From positions 10,912,856 to 10,976,855 of the forward strand of contig NC_090418.1 in the NCBI RefSeq assembly GCF_036365525.1: a stretch of DNA of 64,000 nucleotides. The letters run 5' to 3'. The translations under genes and the position numbers were made by a program. Shown here piece after piece: positions 49,301-61,494 of the stretch. The stretch comes from Heterodontus francisci (taxonomy: Eukaryota). Position 1 is the stretch's first letter, and each line of letters begins with the position of its first letter. The notes below the pieces were generated by a model that did not search any database, was not told where the DNA came from, and saw nothing but the letters and a program-made list of their open reading frames with translations.

Positions 49301-52300
49301 TCGTGTACCTGGTGTTCTCCGGTAAGTGTGGATCCCAAAACCTGTCAGTGCCCTGGATACAGGAGGGCTGGATGTGAGATGTGTGGAAGGGCAGAGCATG
49401 GAGGCAAATAAAATGAACTTTCAATGTAGTAATCTGAAATTGCAACATCAGTTTCTCCATGGAAACCGACACCCAGGTCCATCTCACCACCACCTCTCTC
49501 GACCCCTGCACTGTCTCTAAATTGTCAGACTGCTTGTTCAACATCCAACACTGGATGACTAGAAATTTGCTCCAACTAAATATTGGGAAGACCGAAGCCA
49601 TTGAGCTGAATTTAATGCCGGAGGCGGTGGCCATGACAGTGGGCCGGAAAGCTGGGGGCAACCCCACCGTAAATGATTCCTGGAGCCCCGACACGGCTCT
49701 ATTCCCATCAGGCAATTAACTGCCTGGCATTGGCCACCCGTTCCTTTCAGAGCAGAGATCCTGCATCCAGGAGCTGCCAGCCAATTGGAGGGCCGCCACC
49801 TCACCAGTCGCAGTGGTGACACTGGGAAGAGTGATCACTGCTGGGACTGCACCCGGCCAGGACCAACAAGATGGAACAGGTCCCGGAACCCAGGGAAGTG
49901 GGGTCAGGCTGACCGGGGCCAGTCAGGCTGGGTTGTAAGGGGCTTGTTGGTGAGGGCAGAGTGGAGGGTGTTTCAGTGGGGGCAGCTCTCTCCACCGGGT
50001 GTCCCCTCCATGGGCCACAGGGTGCCCGATCAGCAGGACTCCCACAACCCGAGCCCACATGGAGGACGACAGCTTTTACTGGGTAGACTTCCCACGTGCT
50101 GGAGGGACCCCCAACCCATCGGCCATTGGGGCTCAGGGCGTGAATGCCGTCCTCCACCATCCCCCCCCCGATTGAACTAGATGGAGTCGGGAACGGCGAC
50201 AGGCATTCCACGTCCCACATTCCCTTCCGATTCTACGGCCTCCTACGAACCTACGAATTAGGAGCAGAAGCAGGCCATTCGGCCCCTCGAGCCTGCTCCG
50301 CCATCAATAAGATCATGGATGATCTGTTTGTGTCTCGAATTCCACACTCCCATCTAACCAGATTATCTTTGATTCCCTTACCTAACAATATTCAATGACC
50401 CCGCCTCCACCATCTCCTGAGGCAGGGAGTTCCACAGTCGCACAACCCTCTGAGAGAAAAAAATTTTCCTCCTCTCTGTTCTAAAAGGGTGACCCCTAAT
50501 TTGAAAACAGTGCCCCCTAGCTCTGGACTCACCCACATGAGGAAACATCCTTTCCACATCCACCTTGTCAAGACCGTTCAGGATCTTATATCCTTCAATC
50601 AAGTCTCCCCTCACTCTTCCAAACTCCAGTGAAAACAAGCCCAGTCTGTCCAACCTTTCCTCAGAAGACAACCCACTCATTGCAGGTATCAATCTAGTGA
50701 ACCTCCTCTGAACCCCCTGCAACACATTTACATCATAATAAAGGAGAGCATTCCATGAGCCTTCTTTATGACTTGCTCTGCCTGTGTGAGTCTTGTGACT
50801 GAGGATAATCAAGGTTTAGTTGTATCTAAAGTCTAGTGTTACTTTTAAGTGGAAAATTAACTTAACAGTTGCTGTTTGGGTTGGAGAAGGTGAGTTTTAG
50901 ACTAGCTTTAAACAGAGTTCACTCAGGCTCTGCTTGCAGCTGCACCTTGTTCATTAGATAATTGGCTGAAACCAGTTTTCAGGGACTCGAGTCAGACAGT
51001 ATAAAAGTGGGCCATCTTACAGTACTGACTTTGCACTGGAGTGCTGACTTGGGTTGCATTAGAGTGCTGAAGTGTGAGTTTTGTGACTGAGGGAGTTCGG
51101 TGAGGAGGGAGTGAGGAGCTCCTTTCATTTCCTACCTGTCCTCAAAGGGTGTGAGGGGAGCCGAGAGATTCCACATAGCACAGCTGACTGGTGAGTAAGT
51201 CCTGGTGGGTATTTTTCAACCTGGATTGAATTGTAAGTCATTGTTTTAGCAAGACTTAGTTGAATGATTTTTTTTTACTATGATGGTCTTCTAAAGTTTT
51301 AAATTGAAAGGGTTTAGTCAAGGCAGGAGAGCTTAAAACCGTGGGTTGCTCCTCTTGCTGCATGTGGGAATCCGGGAACATTTCCAGTCCCCGGGACCAG
51401 CATGTGTGCAGCAAGTGTGTCCAGCTGCAGGTCCTGGAAGCTCGGATTTCAGAGCTGGAACGGCGGCTGGAAACACTGTGGAGCATCCGCGAGTCTGAGA
51501 GCATTGTGGATAGCATGTATAGAGAGGTGGTCACACCGCAGCTGAAGGGACTTGAGGAAGGAAGGGAATGGGTGACCACCAGGCAGTCCAAGAGAATCAG
51601 GCAGTGAGTTCAGGAGTCCCCTGGGGTCCCGCTTGCAAATCGGTATTCCATTTTGGAGGCTGATGAGGCTGGTTCCTCCAGGGAACGCGGACCGAGCCAA
51701 GCTTCTGGCACCACAAGCAGCCTGTCTGCACAGGAAAGGGGAAAGAGAGGAAGAGCAATAGTAATAGGGGATTCTATAGTCAGGGGAACAGATAGGCGCT
51801 ACTGTGGCCGTCAACGTGACTCCAGGATGGTGTGTTGCCTCCCTGGTGCCAGGGTCCGGGATGTCACTGAATGGCTGCAGGGCATCCTGAAGGGGGAGGG
51901 TGATAAGGCAGAGGTCATGGTACATGTTGGTACCAACGACATAGGTAGAAAGAGGGATGATGTCTTGCATCAAGAATTCAGGGAGTTAGGCAGTGGACTA
52001 AAAAGCAGAACCTCTCGGGTTGTAATCTCTGGATTACTCCCAGTGCTAGCGAGTATAGAAATAGGAGAGGCAAAATTTGGTTAGGAATAGTCAGCATGGC
52101 TTTGTCAGAAGGAGGTCATGCATCACAAATTTGATTGACTTTTTTGAGCATGTGACCAGGTGTGTAGATGAGGGTAGTGCAGTTGACGTAGTTTACATGG
52201 ATTTCAGCAAAGCCTTTGACAAGGTCCCACATGGGAGCAAATGCACATGGGATACAAGGTAACTTGATAAGGTGGATTCAAAATTGGCTCAGCTGTAGGA

Positions 52301-55300
52301 GACACAGAGTGATGACAGACGGTTGTTTTAGTGACTGGAAGCCAGTGTCCAGTGGCCTACCACAGGGATCTGTGCTGGGTCCCCGACTGTTAGTCATCTA
52401 TGTCATTTATATAAATGACTATGTGGGGGGTAGGATCAGTAAGTTCGCGGATGACACAAAGATTGGACGAGTGGTTAACAGTGAGGTTGAGTGTCTTGGG
52501 TTAGAAAATGGGGAAAAAAGTAGCAGATGGAATTTAACCCTGAAAAGTGTGAGGTGATACACTTTGGAAGGAGTAATGTGACATGGAAGTATTCAATGAA
52601 TGGCCTGACACTGGGAAGTTCCGAGGAACAAAGGGACCTTGGCGTGTTTGTCCATAGATCTCTGAAGGCAGAAGGGTAGGTTAATAGGGTGGTGAAAAAG
52701 GCATATGGGACACTTGCCTTTATCAATCGAGGCATAGATTACAAAAGCAGGAAGGTCATGTTGGAGTTGTACAGAACTTTGGTAAGGTCACAGCTGGAGT
52801 ACTGTGTGCAATTCTGGTCGCCACATTATAGGAAGGATGTGATTGCACTGGAGGGGGTGCAGAGGCGATTCACCAGGATGTTGCCTGGGATGGAATATTT
52901 ACTATGAAGAGAGGTTGGATCGGCTTGGGTTGTTTTCGCTGGAGCAGAGAAGACTGAGGGGTGACCTGATTGAGGTGTACAAGATTATGAGGGGCATGGA
53001 CAGGGTGGATAGGGAGCAGCTGTTCCCCTTAGTTGAAGGGTCAGTTACTAGGGGACACATGTTTAAGGTGAGGGGCAGGAGGTTTAAGGGGGATTTGAGG
53101 AAGAACTTTTTTACCCAGAGGGTGGTGACGGTCTGGAATGCACTGCCTGGGAGGGTGGTAGAGGCAGGTTGCCTCACATCCTTTAAAAAGTACCTGAATG
53201 AGCACTTGGCATGTCATAACATTCGAGGCTTTGGGCCAAGTGATGGCATATGGGATTAGGTAGACAGGTCAAGTGTCTTTAATGCATCGGTGCAGACTCG
53301 ATGGGCCGAAGGGCCGAAGGGCCTCTTCTGCGCTGTATTATTCTGTGATTCTGTGATGTGGCACTTTGTCAAATGCCTGCTGGAAATCCAAGTACAGTGT
53401 GTCACTGGGCTCCACTTTGTCCACAGCACATGTTACTCCTTCAAAGCACTCCAATAAATTGGTTAAACATGATTTCCCTTTAACAAGCCATGCTGACTAT
53501 TCCCGATTACCTTGAGTTTTTCAAAGTGCCCAGCTATAGTCTCCTTAATGATCCATTCTAACACCTTCCCCATGACAGACATCAAGCTAACTGGCCTATA
53601 GTTACCTGTTTTCTGCCTCCTCCCCTTCTTGAAAACAGAGGTTATATTCGCGACTTTCCAGTCTGGTGGAACCTTTCTAGAATCCAGCGAAACTTTGAAA
53701 AATTAACACCAACCCATCTATGACCTCATTAGCCACCTCTTTTAAGACCCTCGGATGAAGCCCATCAGGACGCAGGGACTTGTCAGCCTCCCACCGCCTC
53801 ACTACCCATTCCCGTCAGCTAGTTTAAATTCCACCCATTGTCCTCGGTTCCCACCATAAACTCCTCTCCCTAGCTACCAACTCCCTAGTAACTGCCTGAG
53901 GTTGAACCAGACTGTTCACAACATCAGTGTCATATTTAACCCCAAAATGAGCTTCCGACCACATCTCCGTACCATCACTAAGACTGTAACATCAACTGAC
54001 TCCGCCACTGTCTCAGCTCATCTGCTACTGAAACCCTCATCCATGCCTTCATTGCCTCTAGACTTGACCATTCCAACGCTTTCCTGTTCTACCCTCGGTA
54101 AACTTCAGCTCCGAACTCGCACCGACTCCCATTCACACTTCATCCCTGTGCTCACTGATCTACTTCGGCTCCCAGTTTAGCAACAACTCGATTTGAAAAT
54201 TCTCATCCTTGTTTTCAAAACCCTCCACAGCCTCGCCCCTCCCTATCTCTGTAATCTGCTTCAGCTTCAAGATCCTCTGAGATAACAACACTCTTCCAAT
54301 TCTGGCCTCTCCACCATTCCTGACTGTAATCGCTCCACCGTTGGTGTCGGTGCCTTCAGCTGCCGAGGTCCTAATCTCTGGAATCCTCTCCCTAACCCTC
54401 TCCGCCTCACTACCTTCCTTTCCTCCTTTAAGTCACTCCTTAAACATCGCTCTTAGACCAAGCTTTCAGTCACCTGTCCTAATATCTCTTTATATGGCTC
54501 GGTGTGGTATGTTCCTTTACAACACTCCTGTGAAGCACCTTGGCTCATTTAGATCATCGTGAAGAGAAGCGGCCCCAACCACTACCGATAATGTCAACAC
54601 TTTGTTTACCAGAACACAACCCATTCAATACGTCAATGATTCCAGGGTCTTCACCTCTATCATTCTGTTCAGAAGTCCCAACTAAGTATTGGCCACTCCC
54701 TGTTTATCATTCCTGATATCATTCCCAAAGTTACCTTTTACTATCCAAACCTGTGTCGTTTGTTTAACCGTTTCCATATTGTTCACTATCTTATATATCA
54801 CAATAAGATCACTGCTCAGGTAGCTCAAACGCCCAAGTCACTCCAATCTTTCCTCATAACTCAGACCCTACTGCCTGGGGATCAGTCTTGTGTCTCTTCT
54901 CCTCACTGCCTCCGGTGTTTGAATGCCTCACTGGTGTTTCATTGACCAGAACTGAACGTAGTCCTCAAGCTGTGATCTGACCAGAGTTTGATTGCAATTT
55001 CTTGCTGTTCTGATCTATGGAGTTCAACATTGCATTAACCCTCAAATATCGAGGTGTTAGTGTGGAGAAAGAGAGGGATAAGGGCAGGATAGAAAGGACA
55101 TTGAGAAAAAGTGAGAGAGGTTTATTCATAAGGAGAAATCAAACGGACAAACTGGGAGATAGGATCAGCAGCGTGAGAGAGAAAGATGGCTTACAGAGAA
55201 AGAGAATACACAGAGGCAACGATTTCCCCTTTACTGTCTGTGTTACAGAATCTACCTGGTGTCTGGTACCCAATAAAACAATTACCTGTAGGAAGCTGAG

Positions 55301-55633
55301 AGACAGCGCTCCATATTCTCGAATCTTTCTCTGTCGTGTCGAATACTGATCCAACAAACACAGCTCCCTGCGATCGATGTGCTGGTTAATTTGAATTAGA
55401 TTCAATGATATTTGGAACAGACCAGCAAACAGCACTCGACACCCCTTTCAGAGCCTGCAGTCGAGCCAGTTATATCTCAGAGCAGAGTTTGAAACTGTAG
55501 GAAGGGCTGGTAAAAAATACCTGAGGGAATAGATTAGGATTCGTCAGACTTGGCAGCTGGACAGAAAAGCTTGGCAGTGAGTGAGACAGAATAACTGAGA
55601 GAATCTTACCAGCGGGCAATGTGAAGCTGCCAT
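40393..55633 (-). CDS. NAT16: NAT16 / histidine N-acetyltransferase (HISAT)-like GNAT, copy B. Exons 55610-55633, 49259-49352, 48036-48190, 42004-42216, 40393-40962; ~351 aa
   Basis: LDFSQATEEDFEQVL..DYLPSTYHHWLKERNRMVILAKRNSRV|VALVSAHIVDDGQTAAMEALNVHPSERGKGIGRLI follows the NAT16 pattern and includes the acetyl-CoA motif RGKGIG. The last exon has YWEP and YRIDMFGKD. Splice phases are consistent. Exons 3-5 are well supported; the two small 5' exons (MAASHCPL; GTDRFW..PYQG) rest on splice-site and phase fit only. Confidence 0.8.
41030..41775 (+). mobile_element. CR1 3' remnant in the last NAT16-like intron
   Basis: ORF 41157-41537 plus a CR1 3' UTR (GGGCTGAATGGCCTCCTTCTGTGCTG). Confidence 0.8.
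42545..43260 (-). mobile_element. Penelope-like element fragment
   Basis: YKPTDSHSYLDYTSHPASCKDSIPFSQFLRLRRICSD and FPCNRRRCNTCPF, typical of the PLE RT C-terminus and linker. Confidence 0.8.
43262..46795 (+). mobile_element. Gypsy/Ty3 LTR retrotransposon, degenerate (gag, protease, partial integrase, 3' LTR)
   Basis: Gag coiled coil and YELVPEAYNQKFR; protease ILRDTGASRSL; integrase Zn-binding HAGIRKTKARIRQQFDWP..YCRSCHV. No RT is visible and the 5' LTR is missing. Confidence 0.85.
45850..46795 (+). repeat. LTR (~946 bp)
   Basis: Begins TGTCA after the purine-rich GGGTGTGGAGG tract, ends TAACA, and has an internal AATAAA at ~46595. Confidence 0.7.
46975..47575 (-). mobile_element. Non-LTR retrotransposon fragment (same family as 38927-40300)
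   Basis: IYKAQVRSVMEYSPLAWMGAAPTTLKKLDTIQDKA. Confidence 0.8.
50800..53357 (+). mobile_element. CR1 with ORF1 esterase (duplicate of 19650-22200)
   Basis: Same ORF set at 51341-53259 with the same disablements. Confidence 0.9.
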
Positions 55634-55849
55634 TTGAGAAAAAATGCAAAGTAACTTGTTATTCCTGATTAACTGTTCTGATAACAGCAATGTAGTTGGG
55701 AAACGAGTTTATCCTGTAACAAGCTCAGTTCAGTTCTAATGAAATAATTCCTCATCATTAGCTTCAATATGTGATCCCACACAATGTGTCAATTTAATTC
55801 CTTTCATTACACTGCAAGGGAATTGCTCCCATTCCTCTTGGCATTTCCT

Positions 55850-56250
55850 CGCTGATGAAGATTTTGGGAAGGTTGTACCCACCGGTTGCAGGCAAGCTGG
55901 TGGTTGGTCAGGCCTTTCCGTCATCAGCAGATTCTCCCACAGTGGGTACAAGTGAAGGTGTAGTGGCTGCTGGGGGTAATTGGATCTATCCTTCTCCTCC
56001 TTTTCTCTTTCATGCTGGTTCTTCGCTCAGTCTCAGAGGTGTCTGTAGCCCTCTTGATGTAGCATCTCCAGGCATCACGATCTATGGTCTGCACTTCCCA
56101 CTGGCGATGGTCGATGTGGCACAGAGAGAGGGACTTCTTCAGGGAGTCCTTGAAACATTTGCATGGGGCCCCTCTGTTCCTTTTATCAGTGGTCAGCTTC
56201 CCGTATACCATGATCTTGGGCAGGCGACTGTCGTCCATCCAGGCAACATG
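55850..56250 (-). mobile_element. RTE 3' end left after a 2.7-kb deletion
   Basis: Matches 24680-25080, then switches to the homolog of 27814 onward. Confidence 0.85.
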
Positions 56251-56747
56251 ACCCCCCCACTTCCCAGAGGGAGCGGTTTCTCCAACAAAGCCCCTCATGA
56301 TGTTGAACACCTCGATTTAAATCTCCCCTTAACCTTCTCTGCTCCAAGGAGACCAATCCCAGCTTCTCCAGTCTCTCCACATTACTGATTCCCTCATTCC
56401 TGGTATCATCCTGAAACTCTGACCCCTCTCCAATGCTTTGACATCTTTCCTAAAGTACGGTGCCCAGAATTGGACTCAATGCTCCAACTGAGGCTTCACC
56501 AGAGAGTTGTTTGAAAAAAAGAAAGTCTTGCATTCATATAGCACCTTTCACGAGCACAGGACATCCCAAAGCGCTTCATAGCCAATAAAACAACTTTTGA
56601 AGTGTAGTCGCTGTTGTAATGGAGGAAACATGGCAGCCAATTTGTGCACAGCAAGATCCCACAATCAGGAATCTGACATTGGCCAGATAATTCTAGATTA
56701 TTGTTTGAATAGTTTCCGTCAAAATGAGCAATCGTGGAGCTGATTTG

Positions 56748-56932
56748 TGTCAGGTGACATGGGGAAACTCAGAGTCACTCCTATTGGTCTAAATAAAATA
56801 GGCCCGCCTGGCAATGAATCCATGGGTTCTGCCATTGGGTGTAAATTGTGGAGATTGGGGCTGGTTAATTGGTTCAATGTTGCTGCTTCTGGGATCATTG
56901 GTGTCAGGTGACTGCAGTTTGTGTGTATAAAA
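56748..56932 (+). promoter_or_regulatory. ZP3 copy 3 proximal promoter
   Basis: CAGGTG at 56751 and 56905, ATTGG cluster, TATAAAA at 56926-56932. Confidence 0.7.
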
Positions 56933-56976
56933 GGAGTTGGTTGGTGGGTGAAGGGATGGTTGAGTTGTTTGGTATC

Positions 56977-59891
56977 ATGGGGGATTTTGTAATGAGGGGT
57001 TTGTTCCCAGTGCTGGTGTTATTTGGAGTTGTCTGTTGCTCTGATACTTGGCAACAGTTTCGAGACCAGAGGTTTCCATGGACAATAGTAAAAGCCACCC
57101 CTGTGCCTCAGAGAGTCCCTCCAACTGGGCCTCCCTTTGGTTCCCATTTCCGTGTGTCTGAGGGTCGAAGTGTGTCTCCACTGCAGACTGTGATGGTGCA
57201 GTGTGGAGAGCAGAACCTGCTGGTCAGGGTCCAGATGGATTTATTTGGAACCAGGCACCTGATTAAAGCTGCTGACCTGACCCTGGGGACAGCAGGTTGT
57301 CGGCCAACCAGGATCTACTCTCAGAACCACACTGTCCTCTTTGACTATGGGCTCCATGAGTGTGGCAGCAGATTACAGGTAATGAGTCCTTGACTCTTGC
57401 TCTAAGCTGGGTGTATAGATTGTTGCTAACTCTTCATTCCAATACATTGTGAAATGTCATTGAGATGTCCGTCTCCTGCATTATCAAACTTCAATCTTGT
57501 TAGTTGTGTATTGTACTTTGTTTTATCCAGTCTCTCCTTCTTTCCCACCTTGTATTATCAGCCCAATTGGTTTTGAACCTTCTCTTTGGTCTCTTCAAGC
57601 TTTCCTGTTTTTCTTATCCTCATTAATGAGTCTTTTCAGTTCTACTGCCCTTCATTAAACTCAACTTGAATCTTCAGTTTCAGTCCAGTTTTATTTAATC
57701 TGGTTGACTCTTCAATGAACTGAATGAAAAATTAGATTTGATGCCACATTTCCTGCTTTCCCTGTAACTGGATTACGTGCAGCCCTGCTTCAAGACTGGT
57801 TTATTTCAGGGCTCTAAATTGCTGTAACTTGTGGCTGTTAAGGGAATGGCCCAAAAGGACAGCTTCACTTTTATTTTGTTTAGTTCGTGTGCTCACAGTC
57901 TCTCCTTTTTTACTTGTGTTAATTCTCCAGAGCAACATGCTGTACAGCCCCTCTAGCTGCTTTTAAGATTGTGCTTAAACCTCTCCTCAAATTCCATGTC
58001 CTCATCTCATTCTGATTCACTTTATGCCCAAAAAGATATCCATCCATCTTGAATATCATCCATGAGGATTTGTCTGTCTCGGGTAGAGAATTCCAAAGAT
58101 TCATGGTTTTTTGAATGAAGCTTTTTTTAATCATGTCAACTGCAAGTGACCCTGTATCTGAGTCTACACTTCTTAATTTTACTAGTCAGTTGGGGAACTG
58201 ACTCAGCACTACCCTGTCAAGCCCACTAAGAACTGTTTTGTTAGGATCACTTCATTCTTAACTCCTGTACAGAGTATTTTCCTTTTTTGGTCTGATCTCC
58301 CTGCTTCAATATGATGTCTTTCAGATGGCTGGAGATTTCCTGGTCTACACCACCCACCTGAACCACACCCCCCAGTATCATGGATCTGTCATTGTGAGAA
58401 CAAATGGAGCTGTCGTTCCCATCGAGTGTCATTATTTTAGGTAATAGATGAGTGATTTTTATTAATGAATTTTCAGTCCAATGCAAGTTCTCTGAAGTTG
58501 TCCTAAAATGACTCTCCTGTCCTTCCAGGAAGGGGAATGTGAGCAGTAACCCCATCAAGCCCACCTGGATCCCATTCAGCTCCACCAAGTCTGGAGAAGG
58601 GCATCTGTCATTCTCTCTGCGCCTAATGAATGGTATGTGATGGGTGGATGGGGAGTGATTTCCTGTACTCACCCACTGGGAGTTGTACCCACTGTCTCCA
58701 ACCCTTGTCCTCTTGTACTTCAGATGACTGGCTTACAGAGCGCACCTCGACTGTCTACTACCTGGGTGACCTCATTCACATTGAGGCCTCTGTTTTAACG
58801 ACCAACCACATGCCCCTGAAGCTCTACATTGACCACTGTGTAGCTACATTGAGCCCAGACAAGGATTCCACCCCGAGATACAGCATCATTGACTATAATG
58901 GGTAAGGAGCTCTCTGCTTTCTCCAGTTGGTCCCATCTCAATGGCTTCACTTGATTCAATTCATGTCCCTTTTTTGAATCTTTCTCCAGTTGCCTCCTGG
59001 ACAGCAAAGCTGAGGACTCCTTTTCAACCTTCGTGTTGCCAAGAGACGAGCGTGAGCTGGACAAGCTCCGGTTTGACCTGGATGCTTTCCGCTTCTTTGG
59101 AGATGACCGTTCCTTGGTAAGAGGAATCTGATCATTGGGCCCTCCATGTTTGGAGGGAGTCACTAAATGACTTGTGTTGAAATTTATCCCTCAGATTTTC
59201 ATCACCTGTCACCTGAAAGTTGCTGCAGTGGATCAGAGAGATTCCATGAACAAAGCTTGTACTTTCCAGAAGATGCAGAATGTGTAAGTTCCCTTTTCTC
59301 TCCTGAGGGATGTTGTATGAAAAGGTGATGGACAACCTGGTTGAGCAACTTTCTCTTGTTTAGCTGGACCCCATTGGAGCAATCCAACAATGACATTTGT
59401 GCCTGTTGCCATGTGGGTAACTGTGGTGCCACAAGGGAGTTCCGATTTCCTTCCAGAGGAAGGAGGGATCTTGTACCTGAAGCTGGTAGGACATTGATCC
59501 TCTAGATGTGGGAGGTCTCCCTTTACCCCCTCTAACTGGCATGTTTGATATTGCAGAGAGTGAAGCTGGATTGAAGTGGGAGGGTGAGGCCTCACTTGGA
59601 CCCCTGCTCATTCTGGATACTGAGGTGACTGACCTGGCAACGGAGTCCTTGAATGAGGTTGAGCGAAGGCTGCAGGCGAGGTCTCCAGGTGGTGAGTTGG
59701 CTGACTGCTAGTTTCCATTTTCCCTTCAGTGTTTCCTTCACTAACCATTGGTATCTCATTGCTTTGTAGGTGTGGAGTCTGAGGTGGTCCTGATTGTGGC
59801 CCTGACTGTGACAGCTGTCTGTCTGATCTCTGCTTCATTGATTGCTTTGTTCCTGTACAGAAAACGCAAGCAAACTCCAGTTCTCCAATGA
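56977..59891 (+). CDS. ZP3: ZP3 (ZPC) copy 3. Exons 56977-57378, 58325-58440, 58529-58632, 58724-58901, 58990-59116, 59195-59283, 59364-59485, 59557-59691, 59770-59891; ~464 aa
   Basis: Open frame, canonical splice sites, all ZP cysteines, RGRR, TM helix, tail [18 protein letters not shown] at 59894. Confidence 0.95.
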
Positions 59892-61111
59892 TCAATAAAG
59901 CAATGATACTTGTATCTTTTTCTATTTATTTCGTGTCAGCCCAATGAACAACAGCCCAGTTTAGTGATACTAGAGCATTCTTCTAATTGTGAAATAGACC
60001 AATTTCTCCCGAACCTATTTCGGGTTTGGACTTGTCAAGTTGCAGCCTGACCTATCAGAAGGATTAGTGAAATGAATCCGATCTGAGCTGATTTATCTAT
60101 TCAGCTGCATCTCAGTCCCATGTTGCTGAGATTTATCCACCAGTTAGAGGAGCTGTCTGGTTGGCCAATAAAGGTGAACATTCTGAGGTCCATGGATGTA
60201 TCCTCTCCACCTGAGTTCATGTCAATGTCCCATATCCCTGTGGTTTTCTACAACCTAAGGGCATTGCTGTGCAGAGTTGAGGCTGGTTGTTAGTTTCCTT
60301 TTGGCTTTCATTGACAGCTTAGGTTTTTTTTTCATATGGGCATTCGACTGACTGTCACTTGTGGGAAGCTACAAGCATTGGGGAGGATGAGCAGTTTAGC
60401 TATGAGTTGCTTGGTCAAGTTCTCTAACTGTCGAAGACTAATTGGATTTTGAAGTTACTACCAAGTGAGTTGTTTGGCATGTTGTCTGTGGACCTCAAAG
60501 GTTCCCTGTAAGACTGAGGCAGCCTTTTCCACTTGGATGTGGTTTTGGGAGATACTAAGTGTTTATATTGACTGGGATGTGACCAGTGGTGATCCCTCGG
60601 GTTCTACAGTCTGTACTGGCTACTGTTACATGAAGGAATCTTGATGTGTTATATCCAAGTTTGCAGGTGATCTCCTGTGCCAATGAGAGCAGGAAGTTCC
60701 AAAAGGGGCACTGAGTGGATGGGCAGAGTGACAACTGCAGCTGACTGAAATTCTTCACTCAAGTCTGAAGATTAAAAATTTAAGTCAAATTCTCACCAAT
60801 GAGATTTGAAGGTCCAAGTCCTTTATTTTAATAAACTATAGCAAACATTTTGCTGAACTATAGGCTTGTCACAAAGTGGAATGGCTGATGGTTCAGTTGC
60901 TGTGTACTTTGTCCAAACTCCAATGTTTTGGAGTACTAAAAATTTTGGGCACTACATCTGGGAAGGATACTGCTGGATTTGGTTGGGTTGTAGCACAGGT
61001 TGACCAGGGTTAAGTTGAGGGCTAGTTGCACAAACCTGTGAAGATGATTGGAAGAATGACCTAATCAAGGGCCTGTTAAATGTTAGGGTTTGATAGGATA
61101 GATAGACATTA

Positions 61112-61494
61112 TGGGGAGGTGGTGGCCTAGTGGCATATCACTGGATTAGTAACCTGGAGACCCAGGGTATTTCTCTGGGGACATGGCTTCAAATCCCACC
61201 ACAGCAGAAGGTGGAATTTGAATTCAATTAATAAATCTGGAATTAAAAAGCTAGTCTAATGATGGCCATGAAACCATTGTCTGTTTAAAAACCCATCTGG
61301 TTCACTAATTCCCTTTTTTTTTATAGGGAAGGAAATCTGCTGTCCTTACCTGGTCTGGCCTGCATGTGACTCCAGATCCACAGCAATGTGGTTAACTCTA
61401 ACACTCAGTGCAAGGGCGATTGGGGATGGGTAATAAATGCTGGCCTGGCCTATGACACCCACATCCCGTGAAAGAATTTAAAAAAAAAAAAAAA
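61112..61494 (+). mobile_element. tRNA-derived SINE (duplicate of 32692-33077)
   Basis: A and B boxes and poly(A) tail. Confidence 0.8.
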
